This document shows positions 1 to 8,193 of a stretch of 24,875 nt of DNA, piece after piece. The stretch comes from Candidatus Micrarchaeota archaeon (GTDB lineage: Archaea; Micrarchaeota; Micrarchaeia; Anstonellales; CAYTXD01). The stretch is taken from NCBI GenBank assembly GCA_964441305.1, contig CAYTXD010000001.1, forward strand, positions 1-24,875. Direction: 5' to 3'. The translations under genes and the position numbers were made by a program. Numbering within the stretch: the stretch's first letter is position 1; each line of letters opens with the position of its first letter. Under the pieces are notes generated by a model. That model saw only the letters and a list, made by a program, of their open reading frames with translations. It was not told where the DNA came from and did not search any database.

Positions 1-1
1 C

Positions 2-2068
2 CTCTCAAAAATAGGAATTTTCAACATGTCGGTCCACTCCTCTTCAGAGCTCAACTGCACCTATTGCAGCGTTTCAATCACCCTTTCAGAAGGCGAAAAC
101 CCCTTGCTCCTTTCCGAATGTGGGAAAAGGGTACTGCTTGAATGCCAGGGAAGCCAGGGAGAAATCTCCCTTGATTTTCAAAAGCCGCGAATGCCTGAAA
201 TATCAAATGCTTCAATTGAAGCATTTTACGAAAACAAAACCCTTTTCCTGGAGCTCTCCGGAATTTCCCATTCCGAAGGGCAGGCCCATTTCGTATACAA
301 ACTGGGCAATAAAACCATCCACTCGCCAATTGCAAATCTTGAAGAGGGAAAATTCGAGTTCAACGAGCAGCTAAAAATTGAGCCGGGGGAACACACTCTC
401 TCAATCTACTATTTGGAAGAAAAAATTGCGGAAAAACAGGTTTCCATTCCCGCCCCACGGTTTCCCCTTCCATTCGCATTCCTCCTCTTGGTTTCAATTT
501 CCATTGCCTACTTCCTCCCCGCGAACAACCTTGCCGAAAAATTCCTCCTGCTTTTCGCCGCGTCCGCTCTTCTGTTCACCCTCCACTACCAGTTGACTTC
601 AATAGGCCTCCCAGAATTCCTTGTCCCCCTCATATCTCTAGCAGCACCCCTTTACCTCCATTACTCCGGAAAAAAGGAAGACAAAAACAAAAAGCAAAAA
701 TACAGCCCAAAAAAAGCCGCCCTATTCGCCTTTTTCTTCACACTATTCATCCTCCTCCTAAATATTTCCCTTTCCTCCAATAACGCCTGGGGCGCATACT
801 ACTACCGCCATGCAGAGGAAACATTCTCAAGGGGAACCGTAATTTACGATGACGCACTTTCCTACTTGGGGCGCGGATTCACATACCCGGTTGCATACTT
901 TGAATGGGGGGCTTCAATTGCAAAGCTTGCGATGGCAAATTCATTTGAGCAGATAAGGATGCTCCAGCATGCACTTGCAGTTTTCGCATTCGCGCTTTCC
1001 ATGTACATTCTTTACAGCGACTACTCCCCAAGGCAGAGGATACTTGCCGCTCTTATTCTGCTTTCAGAAACATTCATTTTCGTCACTTCTGCACACGTGA
1101 CACTCCATGTTTTCGCATTCGCGCTCTCAAACATTTCCGTAATCCTGCTGAAAAGAAAGCAATACATCCCAAGCGCCCTTTCCTTTGGGATAGCATTCGC
1201 CTCCCACCCAGGAGTTCTTCTCATTTTCCCTTTCTTCTTCCCATTCTCCTACTTAGTTTCAGAGAAATTCAAACTAGATGTAAAAAAGGCGATCAGCTTA
1301 TTTGCAGTAATCGCCTCAGGAGTACTCTTCTCACTCATTTACTACCTCCCAATCTTCCTCCGCTACGGGCTGCCGTACGAGATAGTCCCAAATAAATGGG
1401 GCTACCTTTTGGCTTACGGGCTAACCGGTGTGCTTTCCGACTTGCACATGCTCTTTCCTTTGGGGCTTGCCGCAATCGTAGTTTCCCTTTTCGACAAGAA
1501 AACACGAATTCCATTTCTTCTTTTCTTCTCCGCACTTCTTGCAAACATTTTTATCTCATTCAGGATGAATTTGCTTGTTGCGCTAATGCTTTCCGGATTC
1601 GCTCCAATGGCCTTCCGAAATTACCTGAAAGACGATAAGACATTCATGCTATTGCTTTTATTCCCTCTCACCACCATGCTCATATTCTCCCCTCTCTTCC
1701 TTTCCGGCTCAAAGGACTACTGCACATTCGGGCTTGTTTCCGGCCACTGCCTGATGCCTATGGAGTACATAAACACATACACGCCAACAAGCTACAATGT
1801 GGTTTCCAACCCTTACTTCGGCCATTTGGAGAACTGGAAGGGCAAAAGGAAATCCCATGCAGACCTGTATGTTGAATATGCGGATGAGGAGAAATACTAT
1901 GCTTCAGACTATTTCTGGGAAAACCAAACTCTCCCAAGCGAAAAATACGGAATTGATATCTACCTGATGGACAACCTTTACAGGGAAAGGCCCGTCTCTT
2001 CGCTAGACAGGATTTATGACAACAGCTTCATGCATGCCTATGTCAACTGGAGCGGCGCGGGCAACTAG
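2..2068 (+). CDS. Multi-pass membrane protein, probable GT-C superfamily glycosyltransferase (STT3/PMT-like) with an N-terminal extracellular Ig-like region; 5'-truncated by the window edge
   Basis: The frame is open from base 2 (LSKIGIFN precedes the ATG at 26), so the true start is probably upstream. A beta-rich region with several N-x-S/T sequons is followed by roughly 12-14 hydrophobic segments. It has a GT-C-like first loop (AYYYRH...DDALSYLGRGFTYP) and a soluble C-terminal domain (VVSNPYFGH...R.SHAD). Confidence 0.6.
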   Translation, partial: LSKIGIFNMSVHSSSELNCTYCSVSITLSEGENPLLLSECGKRVLLECQGSQGEISLDFQKPRMPEISNASIEAFYENKTLFLELSGISHSEGQAHFVYKLGNKTIHSPIANLEEGKFEFNEQLKIEPGEHTLSIYYLEEKIAEKQVSIPAPRFPLPFAFLLLVSISIAYFLPANNLAEKFLLLFAASALLFTLHYQLTSIGLPEFLVPLISLAAPLYLHYSGKKEDKNKKQKYSPKKAALFAFFFTLFILLLNISLSSNNAWGAYYYRHAEETFSRGTVIYDDALSYLGRGFTYPVAYFEWGASIAKLAMANSFEQIRMLQHALAVFAFALSMYILYSDYSPRQRILAALILLSETFIFVTSAHVTLHVFAFALSNISVILLKRKQYIPSALSFGIAFASHPGVLLIFPFFFPFSYLVSEKFKLDVKKAISLFAVIASGVLFSLIYYLPIFLRYGLPYEIVPNKWGYLLAYGLTGVLSDLHMLFPLGLAAIVVSLFDKKTRIPFLLFFSALLANIFISFRMNLLVALMLSGFAPMAFRNYLKDDKTFMLLLLFPLTTMLIFSPLFLSGSKDYCTFGLVSGHCLMPMEYINTYTPTSYNVVSNPYFGHLENWKGKRKSHADLYVEYADEEKYYASDYFWENQTLPSEKYGIDIYLMDNLYRERPVSSLDRIYDNSFMHAYVNWSGAGN

Positions 2069-2071
2069 CCT

Positions 2072-2097
2072 TTGCAAAATTTCGCAAGGTTTAAAAG
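2072..2097 (+). promoter_or_regulatory. Archaeal promoter (TTTAAAA box 2090-2096) with an upstream 16-bp palindrome; leaderless start at 2119
   Basis: TTGCAAAATTTCGCAA at 2072-2087, then GG-TTTAAAAG. The ATG lies ~23 nt downstream with no SD. Confidence 0.55.
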
Positions 2098-2118
2098 TTT
2101 CCACACGCTATTCCCTGC

Positions 2119-3642
2119 ATGCTGGGAAAAGGTTTTGACACTGAATTATACATTAATGAGCAGACCAAAAAAATAGGGGAAAGAGCATCCAAATTCGACA
2201 AAAAGCTTTACATTGAATTCGGCGGCAAACTGCTTTTTGATTTCCATGCTTCAAGAGTTCTACCTGGCTATGACTCCAATGCAAAAATCCAGATTCTTCA
2301 AAATCTTAAGCAAGACATGGAGATGGTTTTCTGCGTAAGCGCAAGGGACATACAAAAGGGCAGGATAGCTGGAACTTTTGGTATCACCTACAAGGATTTC
2401 ACACTTAAAACGATAGATGATATCCGAAGTTACGGAATAGACGTTTCATCAGTAGTCATAAACCTCTTCTCGGGGGAAAGCTCGGCACTCCAGCTTAAAC
2501 AATATCTCGAGGATAAGGGGATAAAGGTATATACCCGCGAGCCCATTCCAGATTATCCCAATAACATAAAGCAGATTGCCAGCGAGAAGGGATATGGCGC
2601 AAAGCCGATTATGGAGACAAAGAAGCCAATTGTAATTGTAACCGGAGCAGGCCCGGGCTCCGGCAAAATGTCCACCTGTCTTGCGATGGTCTATCAAGAC
2701 AGCGAACAGGGAGTGGATTCGGGATACGCCAAATTCGAAACATTCCCAATCTGGAACCTTCCGTTGAACCACCCCGTAAATTTGGCATACGAAGCTGCAG
2801 CTGCAGACATTGGCGATTACAACCTTACCGATCCCTATCACCTTGATGCGTACGGGGAAGAGGCAGTCAACTATAACCGCGATGTCGAGAATTTTGTAAT
2901 AATACAGAAGATACTCCAGGCAATAATAAGCAAGGACAATTTTATGGGAGGATACAAATCCCCCACGGATATGGGGGTTAACATGGCAAAGGCGGGCATA
3001 ATTGATGACGAGGTTTGCCTGGAAGCGGCAAAGCAGGAGATAATCCGCAGGTACTACAGGTACAATTTAGAGCTGATAAAAGGTTTGGAAAAGAAAAGCA
3101 CCGTGGATTTAGTTTCAAAACTAATGGAAAAATTGGAGCTAAATTTAGATTATAGAAAGGTAGTTTCGCCTGCGCAAAAAGCGGCGCAAAAAGCCGAGAA
3201 AAATGGCAAGGGACATAAGGGAATTTTTTGCGGTTCCGCCATCCAGCTTCCAGATGGTGTGATAATCACTGGAAAAAACAGCTCCTTGCTTCATTCCGAG
3301 TCCGCGGTGCTGCTCAACGCAACAAAACATCTCGCAGGAATACCCGATGACGCCCATTTAATCTCAAGGGATGTAATAAATGCAATAAAAAGCATGAAGC
3401 ACAAACTCTTCAAGCACAGTGCCGAAAATCTTAGCGTGGACGAGCTCTTGGTTGCACTTGCCATAAGTGCACATTCCTCCAACAAAGCCAAGACCGCACT
3501 CAAACAAATCCCAAATCTGAACGGAATGGACATGCACTCGACACATATACCTGATAAGGAGGACGAGGAGCCCCTGAGAAAGCTCGGCATCTATCTTACA
3601 ACCGACGGCATACAGCCGGTATCGAGGCTTTACTTCAGATAG
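2119..3642 (+). CDS. DUF1846 (UPF0371) family P-loop NTPase of unknown function
   Basis: Family motifs KLYIEFGGKL..D.HASRVLPG, GAGPGSGK (Walker A), AKFETFPIWNLPLNHPVNLAYEAA, YNRDVENF, YKSPTDMGVNMA, LPDG.IITGK and MHSTH. Confidence 0.9.
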   Translation: MLGKGFDTELYINEQTKKIGERASKFDKKLYIEFGGKLLFDFHASRVLPGYDSNAKIQILQNLKQDMEMVFCVSARDIQKGRIAGTFGITYKDFTLKTIDDIRSYGIDVSSVVINLFSGESSALQLKQYLEDKGIKVYTREPIPDYPNNIKQIASEKGYGAKPIMETKKPIVIVTGAGPGSGKMSTCLAMVYQDSEQGVDSGYAKFETFPIWNLPLNHPVNLAYEAAAADIGDYNLTDPYHLDAYGEEAVNYNRDVENFVIIQKILQAIISKDNFMGGYKSPTDMGVNMAKAGIIDDEVCLEAAKQEIIRRYYRYNLELIKGLEKKSTVDLVSKLMEKLELNLDYRKVVSPAQKAAQKAEKNGKGHKGIFCGSAIQLPDGVIITGKNSSLLHSESAVLLNATKHLAGIPDDAHLISRDVINAIKSMKHKLFKHSAENLSVDELLVALAISAHSSNKAKTALKQIPNLNGMDMHSTHIPDKEDEEPLRKLGIYLTTDGIQPVSRLYFR

Positions 3643-3649
3643 CTTATGC

Positions 3650-3671
3650 CGAAAAAAGTTAGGTTTAAAAA
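3650..3671 (+). promoter_or_regulatory. BRE/TATA promoter of pyrG (leaderless)
   Basis: CGAAAAAAGTTAGG-TTTAAAAA, with the ATG at 3693 ~23 nt after the box. Same AGGTTTAAAA...TGCATG layout as the DUF1846 promoter. Confidence 0.55.
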
Positions 3672-3692
3672 CTTCTTAGAACATAAGCTTGC

Positions 3693-5306
3693 ATGCGCTC
3701 TAAAAATAGGAAATATATTGTAATATTAGGTTCGCTCATGAGCGGGCTTGGAAAGGGAATAGTTTCTTCTTCTATTGGAAAAATTCTCCAGTCCAAAGGG
3801 CTGAAAGTTGTGCCTATAAAATTCGACGGCTATTTGAATGTCGACTGCGGCACAATGAACCCTTACCGGCACGGGGAGGTATATGTTCTTGACGACGGAA
3901 CGGAATGCGACATGGATTTTGGAACATATGAGCGCTTCCTGAACATGTCACTCAAAAAGCACAATTCAATTACCGGAGGAAAGATTTTCCAGCATATTAT
4001 TCAAAAGGAAAGAAAAGGCGGATTTCTTGGGATGGATGTGCAGGTTGTGCCCCACCTGACAAACGAAATTAAGGAGTGGGTAAGAAAAGTTGGCGATGAA
4101 TTCAATTCAGACGTCGTAATAGTTGAGGTTGGTGGAACAGTCGGCGACCTGGAAAACTCCTATTTCATTGAAGCGATGAGGCAATTTGCATTCGAGGAGG
4201 AAGATGTGCTTTTCGTACAGCTCACATACGTCCACACTTTGAAAGGAAGCGAGCAGAAGACAAAGCCAACGCAGCATGCAAACCGGCTTCTTGCCTCTCT
4301 TGGAATCAAGCCAAAGATGATAATCTGCAGGGAGGATGAGCTGCTTTCAAAAGAAGTAAGGAGGAAAATTTCCCTTTTCTGCAATGTCCCCGAAGACGCT
4401 ATATTCGACGACCCCTTTGTAAACACAATATACGAGCTACCATTGGTGCTTGAAAAGCAGAATTTCAGCGAGGTCCTCTTCAGGGAGCTAAAGCTCTCTT
4501 CAACGGAAAAGGACATGAAGGGCTGGAAAAAGATAGTTGACAGGATAAGAAAGCCAGGGGAGAAAAAGCTCACAATAGGGATAACCGGAAAATACACCAC
4601 CCTCAAGGATGCATATGTGAGTATAAAAGAGGCACTTGTGCACGCGGCAGCCCACCACCATATAGACCTTTCCGCAAGATGGATAGAAACAACCGAGCTT
4701 GAAGAGGGTAACGCAGGAATGGAATTAATGAAAGGCCTCGACGGAATTGTCGTTCCAGGGGGGTTTGGCGCAAGGGGAATTGAGGGAAAGATTATGTGCA
4801 TAAAGCATGCGCGGGAAAACGACATCCCGTTTCTTGGGCTATGCTTGGGAATGCAACTTGGAGTAATTGAGTTTTCGCGAAATGTTGTCGGGCTTAAGGA
4901 CGCAAACTCGACCGAATTTGACAAGAAAACCCCGCACCCGGTAATTGACCTCCTTCCAGAACAAAAAGATGTCAGGAACAAGGGGGCGACAATGAGGCTT
5001 GGAGCGCACCCCATAGAACTGAAAGAAGGCACCAAAGTAAAGGAAATTTACGGAGGAAAGGATGTTATTGGGGAGAGGTTCAGGCACAGGTATGAAGTGA
5101 ACCCAGAATACATTTCCCAGCTTGAGGAAAAAGGCATGGTTTTCTCAGGCAAGGCAGAAGGAAAGGATATAATGCAGATGATGGAACTGCCCGGCCACCC
5201 GTTCTTTGTTGCAACCCAATCACACCCTGAATTCAAGAGCAGGCTGGTTGAGCCCGCGCCACTTTTCCACTCTTTCCTTTCCGCATGCGCAAAAAACCAG
5301 AAGTAG
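3693..5306 (+). CDS. pyrG: CTP synthase (glutamine-hydrolysing)
   Basis: MSGLGKG P-loop, KFDGYLNVDCGTMNPYRHGEVYV, EVGGTVGD, KTKPTQH, VPGGFGARG, and the glutaminase triad GLCLGMQ / HPEF. Confidence 0.98.
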   Translation: MRSKNRKYIVILGSLMSGLGKGIVSSSIGKILQSKGLKVVPIKFDGYLNVDCGTMNPYRHGEVYVLDDGTECDMDFGTYERFLNMSLKKHNSITGGKIFQHIIQKERKGGFLGMDVQVVPHLTNEIKEWVRKVGDEFNSDVVIVEVGGTVGDLENSYFIEAMRQFAFEEEDVLFVQLTYVHTLKGSEQKTKPTQHANRLLASLGIKPKMIICREDELLSKEVRRKISLFCNVPEDAIFDDPFVNTIYELPLVLEKQNFSEVLFRELKLSSTEKDMKGWKKIVDRIRKPGEKKLTIGITGKYTTLKDAYVSIKEALVHAAAHHHIDLSARWIETTELEEGNAGMELMKGLDGIVVPGGFGARGIEGKIMCIKHARENDIPFLGLCLGMQLGVIEFSRNVVGLKDANSTEFDKKTPHPVIDLLPEQKDVRNKGATMRLGAHPIELKEGTKVKEIYGGKDVIGERFRHRYEVNPEYISQLEEKGMVFSGKAEGKDIMQMMELPGHPFFVATQSHPEFKSRLVEPAPLFHSFLSACAKNQK

Positions 5307-5319
5307 TTTTCGCATTAGC

Positions 5320-5328
5320 TTTTTATAC
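5320..5328 (+). promoter_or_regulatory. Probable TATA box for the iscS-GNAT-iscU unit
   Basis: TTTTTATAC ~32 nt upstream of the ATG at 5360; SD-like GGTG at 5351-5354. Confidence 0.4.
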
Positions 5329-5359
5329 CTTCAAAGCCCGAGCTTTAGCTGGTGCATTC

Positions 5360-6595
5360 ATGAAAAAGATATACTTGGACCATTCCGCAACAACTCCCAT
5401 GGACCCAAAGGTTCTTGAGGAGATGAACCCCTACATGCTTGATAAATTCGGCAATTCCTCCTCTCCCCATTCATACGGGCAGGAGGCAAAAGAGGCGCTT
5501 GAGGAGAGCAGGGCAAAAATCTCAAAAATGCTCGGAGCATCCCAAAACGGAGTTTCATTCAGCCCAAATGGGCCCTCTTCGGACACATTCATTTTCACTT
5601 CAGGCGGCTCGGAGAGCGACAACCTTGCAATCATCGGCTCTGCAATGGCAAACAAGGGCAATGGAAATCACATCATAACCTCTTCCATTGAGCACCACGC
5701 AGTCCTCCACCCCTGCGAATTTCTTGAGAAAAACGGATTTGAAGTAACCTATATTCCGGTTTCAAGGGAAGGTTATGTATCCCCCGAAGATGTTGAAAAT
5801 GCGCTTAGGAAAAACACGATTCTCATAACCATAATGCACGCAAACAACGAAATCGGCACAATACAGCCATTAAGGGAAATCGGAAAAATTGCAAATGAAA
5901 AAGGCGTTCTTTTACATACTGATGCAGTCCAGACTGCAGGCAAAATCCCATTAAACGTAAACGAGCTTGGTGTTGACCTGCTTTCCCTTTCAGCCCACAA
6001 ATTCTACGGGCCAAAGGGAACAGGCGCTCTTTTTGTAAGGCAGGGAACCAAGCTTGAGCCGCAAATTCACGGGGGAGGGCATGAGAGGGGCCTTCGCTCG
6101 GGCACTGAAAACGTTCCGGGCGCAGTTGGAACCGCAAAGGCACTTGAGATTTGCCTTCTGGATATAAGGAGGGAGATGGAAAGAGAAAGGGGCACGAGGG
6201 ACCGCCTTATAGATTCAGTACTGCAAATTAAGGATTCCAGACTCAACGGCGCAAAAGAGCCCCGCCTTCCGGGAAATGCAAACTTCTCATTCAAGTTCAT
6301 TGAAGGGGAAAGCATGCTGCTTTACCTTGACCAGAAGGGAATAGCGGTTTCCACAGGAAGCGCCTGTTCCTCCGGCTCCCTGGACCCTTCCCATGTGCTT
6401 ACTGCAATAGGCCTGAAGCCAGAAGAAGCGCACGGCTCGCTGAGGGTTACATTGGGCAAAGGGAGTAGTGAAGAGCATATTGACTACCTGCTTAAGGAGC
6501 TCCCCCCAATAGTTGAGAAATTGCGTGAAATGTCTCCCGTAAACAAGGGAAATGTGGAAAGCTTGAAGGAAAATCCTGAAGAACATGAACATTAG
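5360..6595 (+). CDS. iscS: Cysteine desulfurase, IscS/NifS (MisS) type
   Basis: IYLDHSATTP, FGNSSS.H.YG, FTSGGSESDN, HTDAVQ, SAHKFYGPKG (PLP Lys), RSGTENV and STGSACSSG (catalytic Cys). Start moved to MKKIYLD at 5360. Confidence 0.97.
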   Translation: MKKIYLDHSATTPMDPKVLEEMNPYMLDKFGNSSSPHSYGQEAKEALEESRAKISKMLGASQNGVSFSPNGPSSDTFIFTSGGSESDNLAIIGSAMANKGNGNHIITSSIEHHAVLHPCEFLEKNGFEVTYIPVSREGYVSPEDVENALRKNTILITIMHANNEIGTIQPLREIGKIANEKGVLLHTDAVQTAGKIPLNVNELGVDLLSLSAHKFYGPKGTGALFVRQGTKLEPQIHGGGHERGLRSGTENVPGAVGTAKALEICLLDIRREMERERGTRDRLIDSVLQIKDSRLNGAKEPRLPGNANFSFKFIEGESMLLYLDQKGIAVSTGSACSSGSLDPSHVLTAIGLKPEEAHGSLRVTLGKGSSEEHIDYLLKELPPIVEKLREMSPVNKGNVESLKENPEEHEH

Positions 6596-6602
6596 TGGTT
6601 TT

Positions 6603-7082
6603 ATGAAATTCAAAATTGTCTGGGCAAAAAAATCTGATCTGGATGGTCTTTTCAAATTCTATATTAAGATTTGGAAAGAGTATGGCAGGAAAGGTTTGCT
6701 TCCAAAGCCCATGGTCAAAAACGAGATCTCAAAGCTTAGGAAAAAGCTAAAAAGCGGACTTGGCAAAAGGGAGATATTAATCGCGAAATCAAACTCAACT
6801 ATATTGGGCGCTTTGCCCATTACCATTTCAAACAAGGCAGCTAAACTTGGCCATTTTGCGGTTGGCAAACAATATCGAAAAAAGGGCATAGGGACCGCCC
6901 TGCTACAAAGATGCGAAAAAGAAGCAAACAAGAAGCAATGTTTTGTAATCCATTTACTTACCAGAAAAGATTTAGAGCCTGCGTATGCTCTTTACAAAAA
7001 ATTAGGTTACAAAAGGGAGGGAAAAATAAGTAAGGTTTTATATGGTGCTGATGCCATCATAATGACGAAAATTCTTAGGTGA
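6603..7082 (+). CDS. GNAT family N-acetyltransferase (RimI-like fold)
   Basis: Motif A FAVGKQYRKKGIGTALL and motif B PAYALYKKLGY. ATG at 6603 after GTGGT; an alternative ATG at 6585 overlaps iscS. Confidence 0.88.
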   Translation: MKFKIVWAKKSDLDGLFKFYIKIWKEYGRKGLLPKPMVKNEISKLRKKLKSGLGKREILIAKSNSTILGALPITISNKAAKLGHFAVGKQYRKKGIGTALLQRCEKEANKKQCFVIHLLTRKDLEPAYALYKKLGYKREGKISKVLYGADAIIMTKILR

Positions 7083-7086
7083 ATTA

Positions 7087-7458
7087 ATGGCTTATTCAAA
7101 GAAAGTAATGGACCATTTCATGAAACCGCAGAACATGGGAGAAATGAAGGATGCGGATGGGACTGGAATGGTCGGCAACCCAATATGCGGAGACGTAATG
7201 CAGATTTTCATCAAAGTAAAAGACGGAAAAATCTCGGACATCAAATTCAAGACAATGGGGTGCGCGTCAGCAATTGCCACCTCCTCCATGATTACTGAAA
7301 TCGCAAAAGGAAAGACCCTTGGCGAGGCAAAAAAAATTACGCGCGACACAGTTGCAGAGGAACTGGGAGGGCTTCCCCCGATAAAGATGCACTGCTCCAA
7401 CCTTGCGGCAGACGCGCTGAGAAAAGCAATAGAGGATTATGAGAAAAAGGGAAAATGA
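7087..7458 (+). CDS. iscU: Fe-S cluster scaffold, IscU/NifU-N (MisU) type
   Basis: YSKKVMDHF, GNPICGDVMQI, FKTMGCASAIATSS and LPPIKMHCSNLA (three Cys ligands); SD AGGTGA at 7077-7082. Confidence 0.96.
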   Translation: MAYSKKVMDHFMKPQNMGEMKDADGTGMVGNPICGDVMQIFIKVKDGKISDIKFKTMGCASAIATSSMITEIAKGKTLGEAKKITRDTVAEELGGLPPIKMHCSNLAADALRKAIEDYEKKGK

Positions 7459-7461
7459 GCA

Positions 7462-8064
7462 TCATCCCTCTCCATCGACTGCTTTAACCGGAGCTTCAAC
7501 ACACCCTGCCGCATCTATCGGCAGCCCCTTTTCCTGCATCTCAACGGCAAAAATGCATGCATCCGTTTTCTCTGAATCCATCACTCCCCCTATTCCCGCG
7601 TCAACAACAAATGCAACAGAAATAAGTACCCCGGCAACAAGTACTGCTATCGCAGCATTCCCCTTCTTCAGCTCCTTTACCTCGTCAATAAATTCAGTCA
7701 GCCTGTCAAGCATATTCAATGAAAGGTAAATTGTTATAACTGCAGCAATAAGCCCGAAAGCCAGCTTAACCAAATTTATGAACCCTACGGCAAGCAAAAG
7801 AGATATCGAGTATTCCGGCTGTATCCCCTGGGAAAACTCATGCACTCCAGAGCGCACCATCGCCGCAATAGCAATAATTATTGCGGCAGTCATTATCGCC
7901 ACCGCCATATTCCCCTTCTTCAGTTCCTTGATTTCATGGATTCCCTGAGTCAGCTTGTCAAATGCCCTTACCCCGAAATATACTGAAAGAACTGCCAATA
8001 TCACACTTGCAAAAAACCTAAGCACTCCGAATACTACTATTGTTGGAAGGTCAACATAACCCAT
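7462..8064 (-). CDS. Membrane protein with two tandem DUF350-like units
   Basis: Internal duplication FDKLTQGIHEIKELKKGNMAVAI / LDRLTEFIDEVKELKKGNAAIAV with four hydrophobic helices; SD GGTGG before the ATG at 8064. Confidence 0.8.
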   Translation of the reverse strand: MGYVDLPTIVVFGVLRFFASVILAVLSVYFGVRAFDKLTQGIHEIKELKKGNMAVAIMTAAIIIAIAAMVRSGVHEFSQGIQPEYSISLLLAVGFINLVKLAFGLIAAVITIYLSLNMLDRLTEFIDEVKELKKGNAAIAVLVAGVLISVAFVVDAGIGGVMDSEKTDACIFAVEMQEKGLPIDAAGCVEAPVKAVDGEG

Positions 8065-8148
8065 CAAACCACCGAAAAGGGTAGGAACCCGCGCTTTTTA
8101 ATTGTTTAGAAAAACCATCGTTTTTCATCGGATTGGTGCTGTTCGCCA

Positions 8149-8182
8149 AAACCGGGAAAATCCGTTTCCCGAAACCGGGAAA
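8149..8182. repeat. AAACCGGGAAA direct repeat (8149-8159, 8172-8182) with an inverted CGGGAAA copy between them (8165-8171)
   Basis: Read directly from the intergenic sequence between the rnhB stop and the DUF350 promoter. Confidence 0.75.
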
Positions 8183-8193
8183 GTTTGCACTTT

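Noticed and set aside
4160-5035. 291-aa minus-strand ORF
   Set aside because: Antisense shadow of pyrG with no motif. The same applies to the many 60-230 aa ORFs nested in recognised genes (e.g. 11839-12537, 17500-18063, 9276-9788).
5285-5359. ORF-track N-terminal extensions (iscS 5285, rnhB 8916, endA 11349, nre 12645, DUF63 12572, dph5 13622, STAS 21974, LX 24864)
   Set aside because: They overlap promoters or neighbouring genes. The family N-termini and SD/TATA positions support the downstream starts used.
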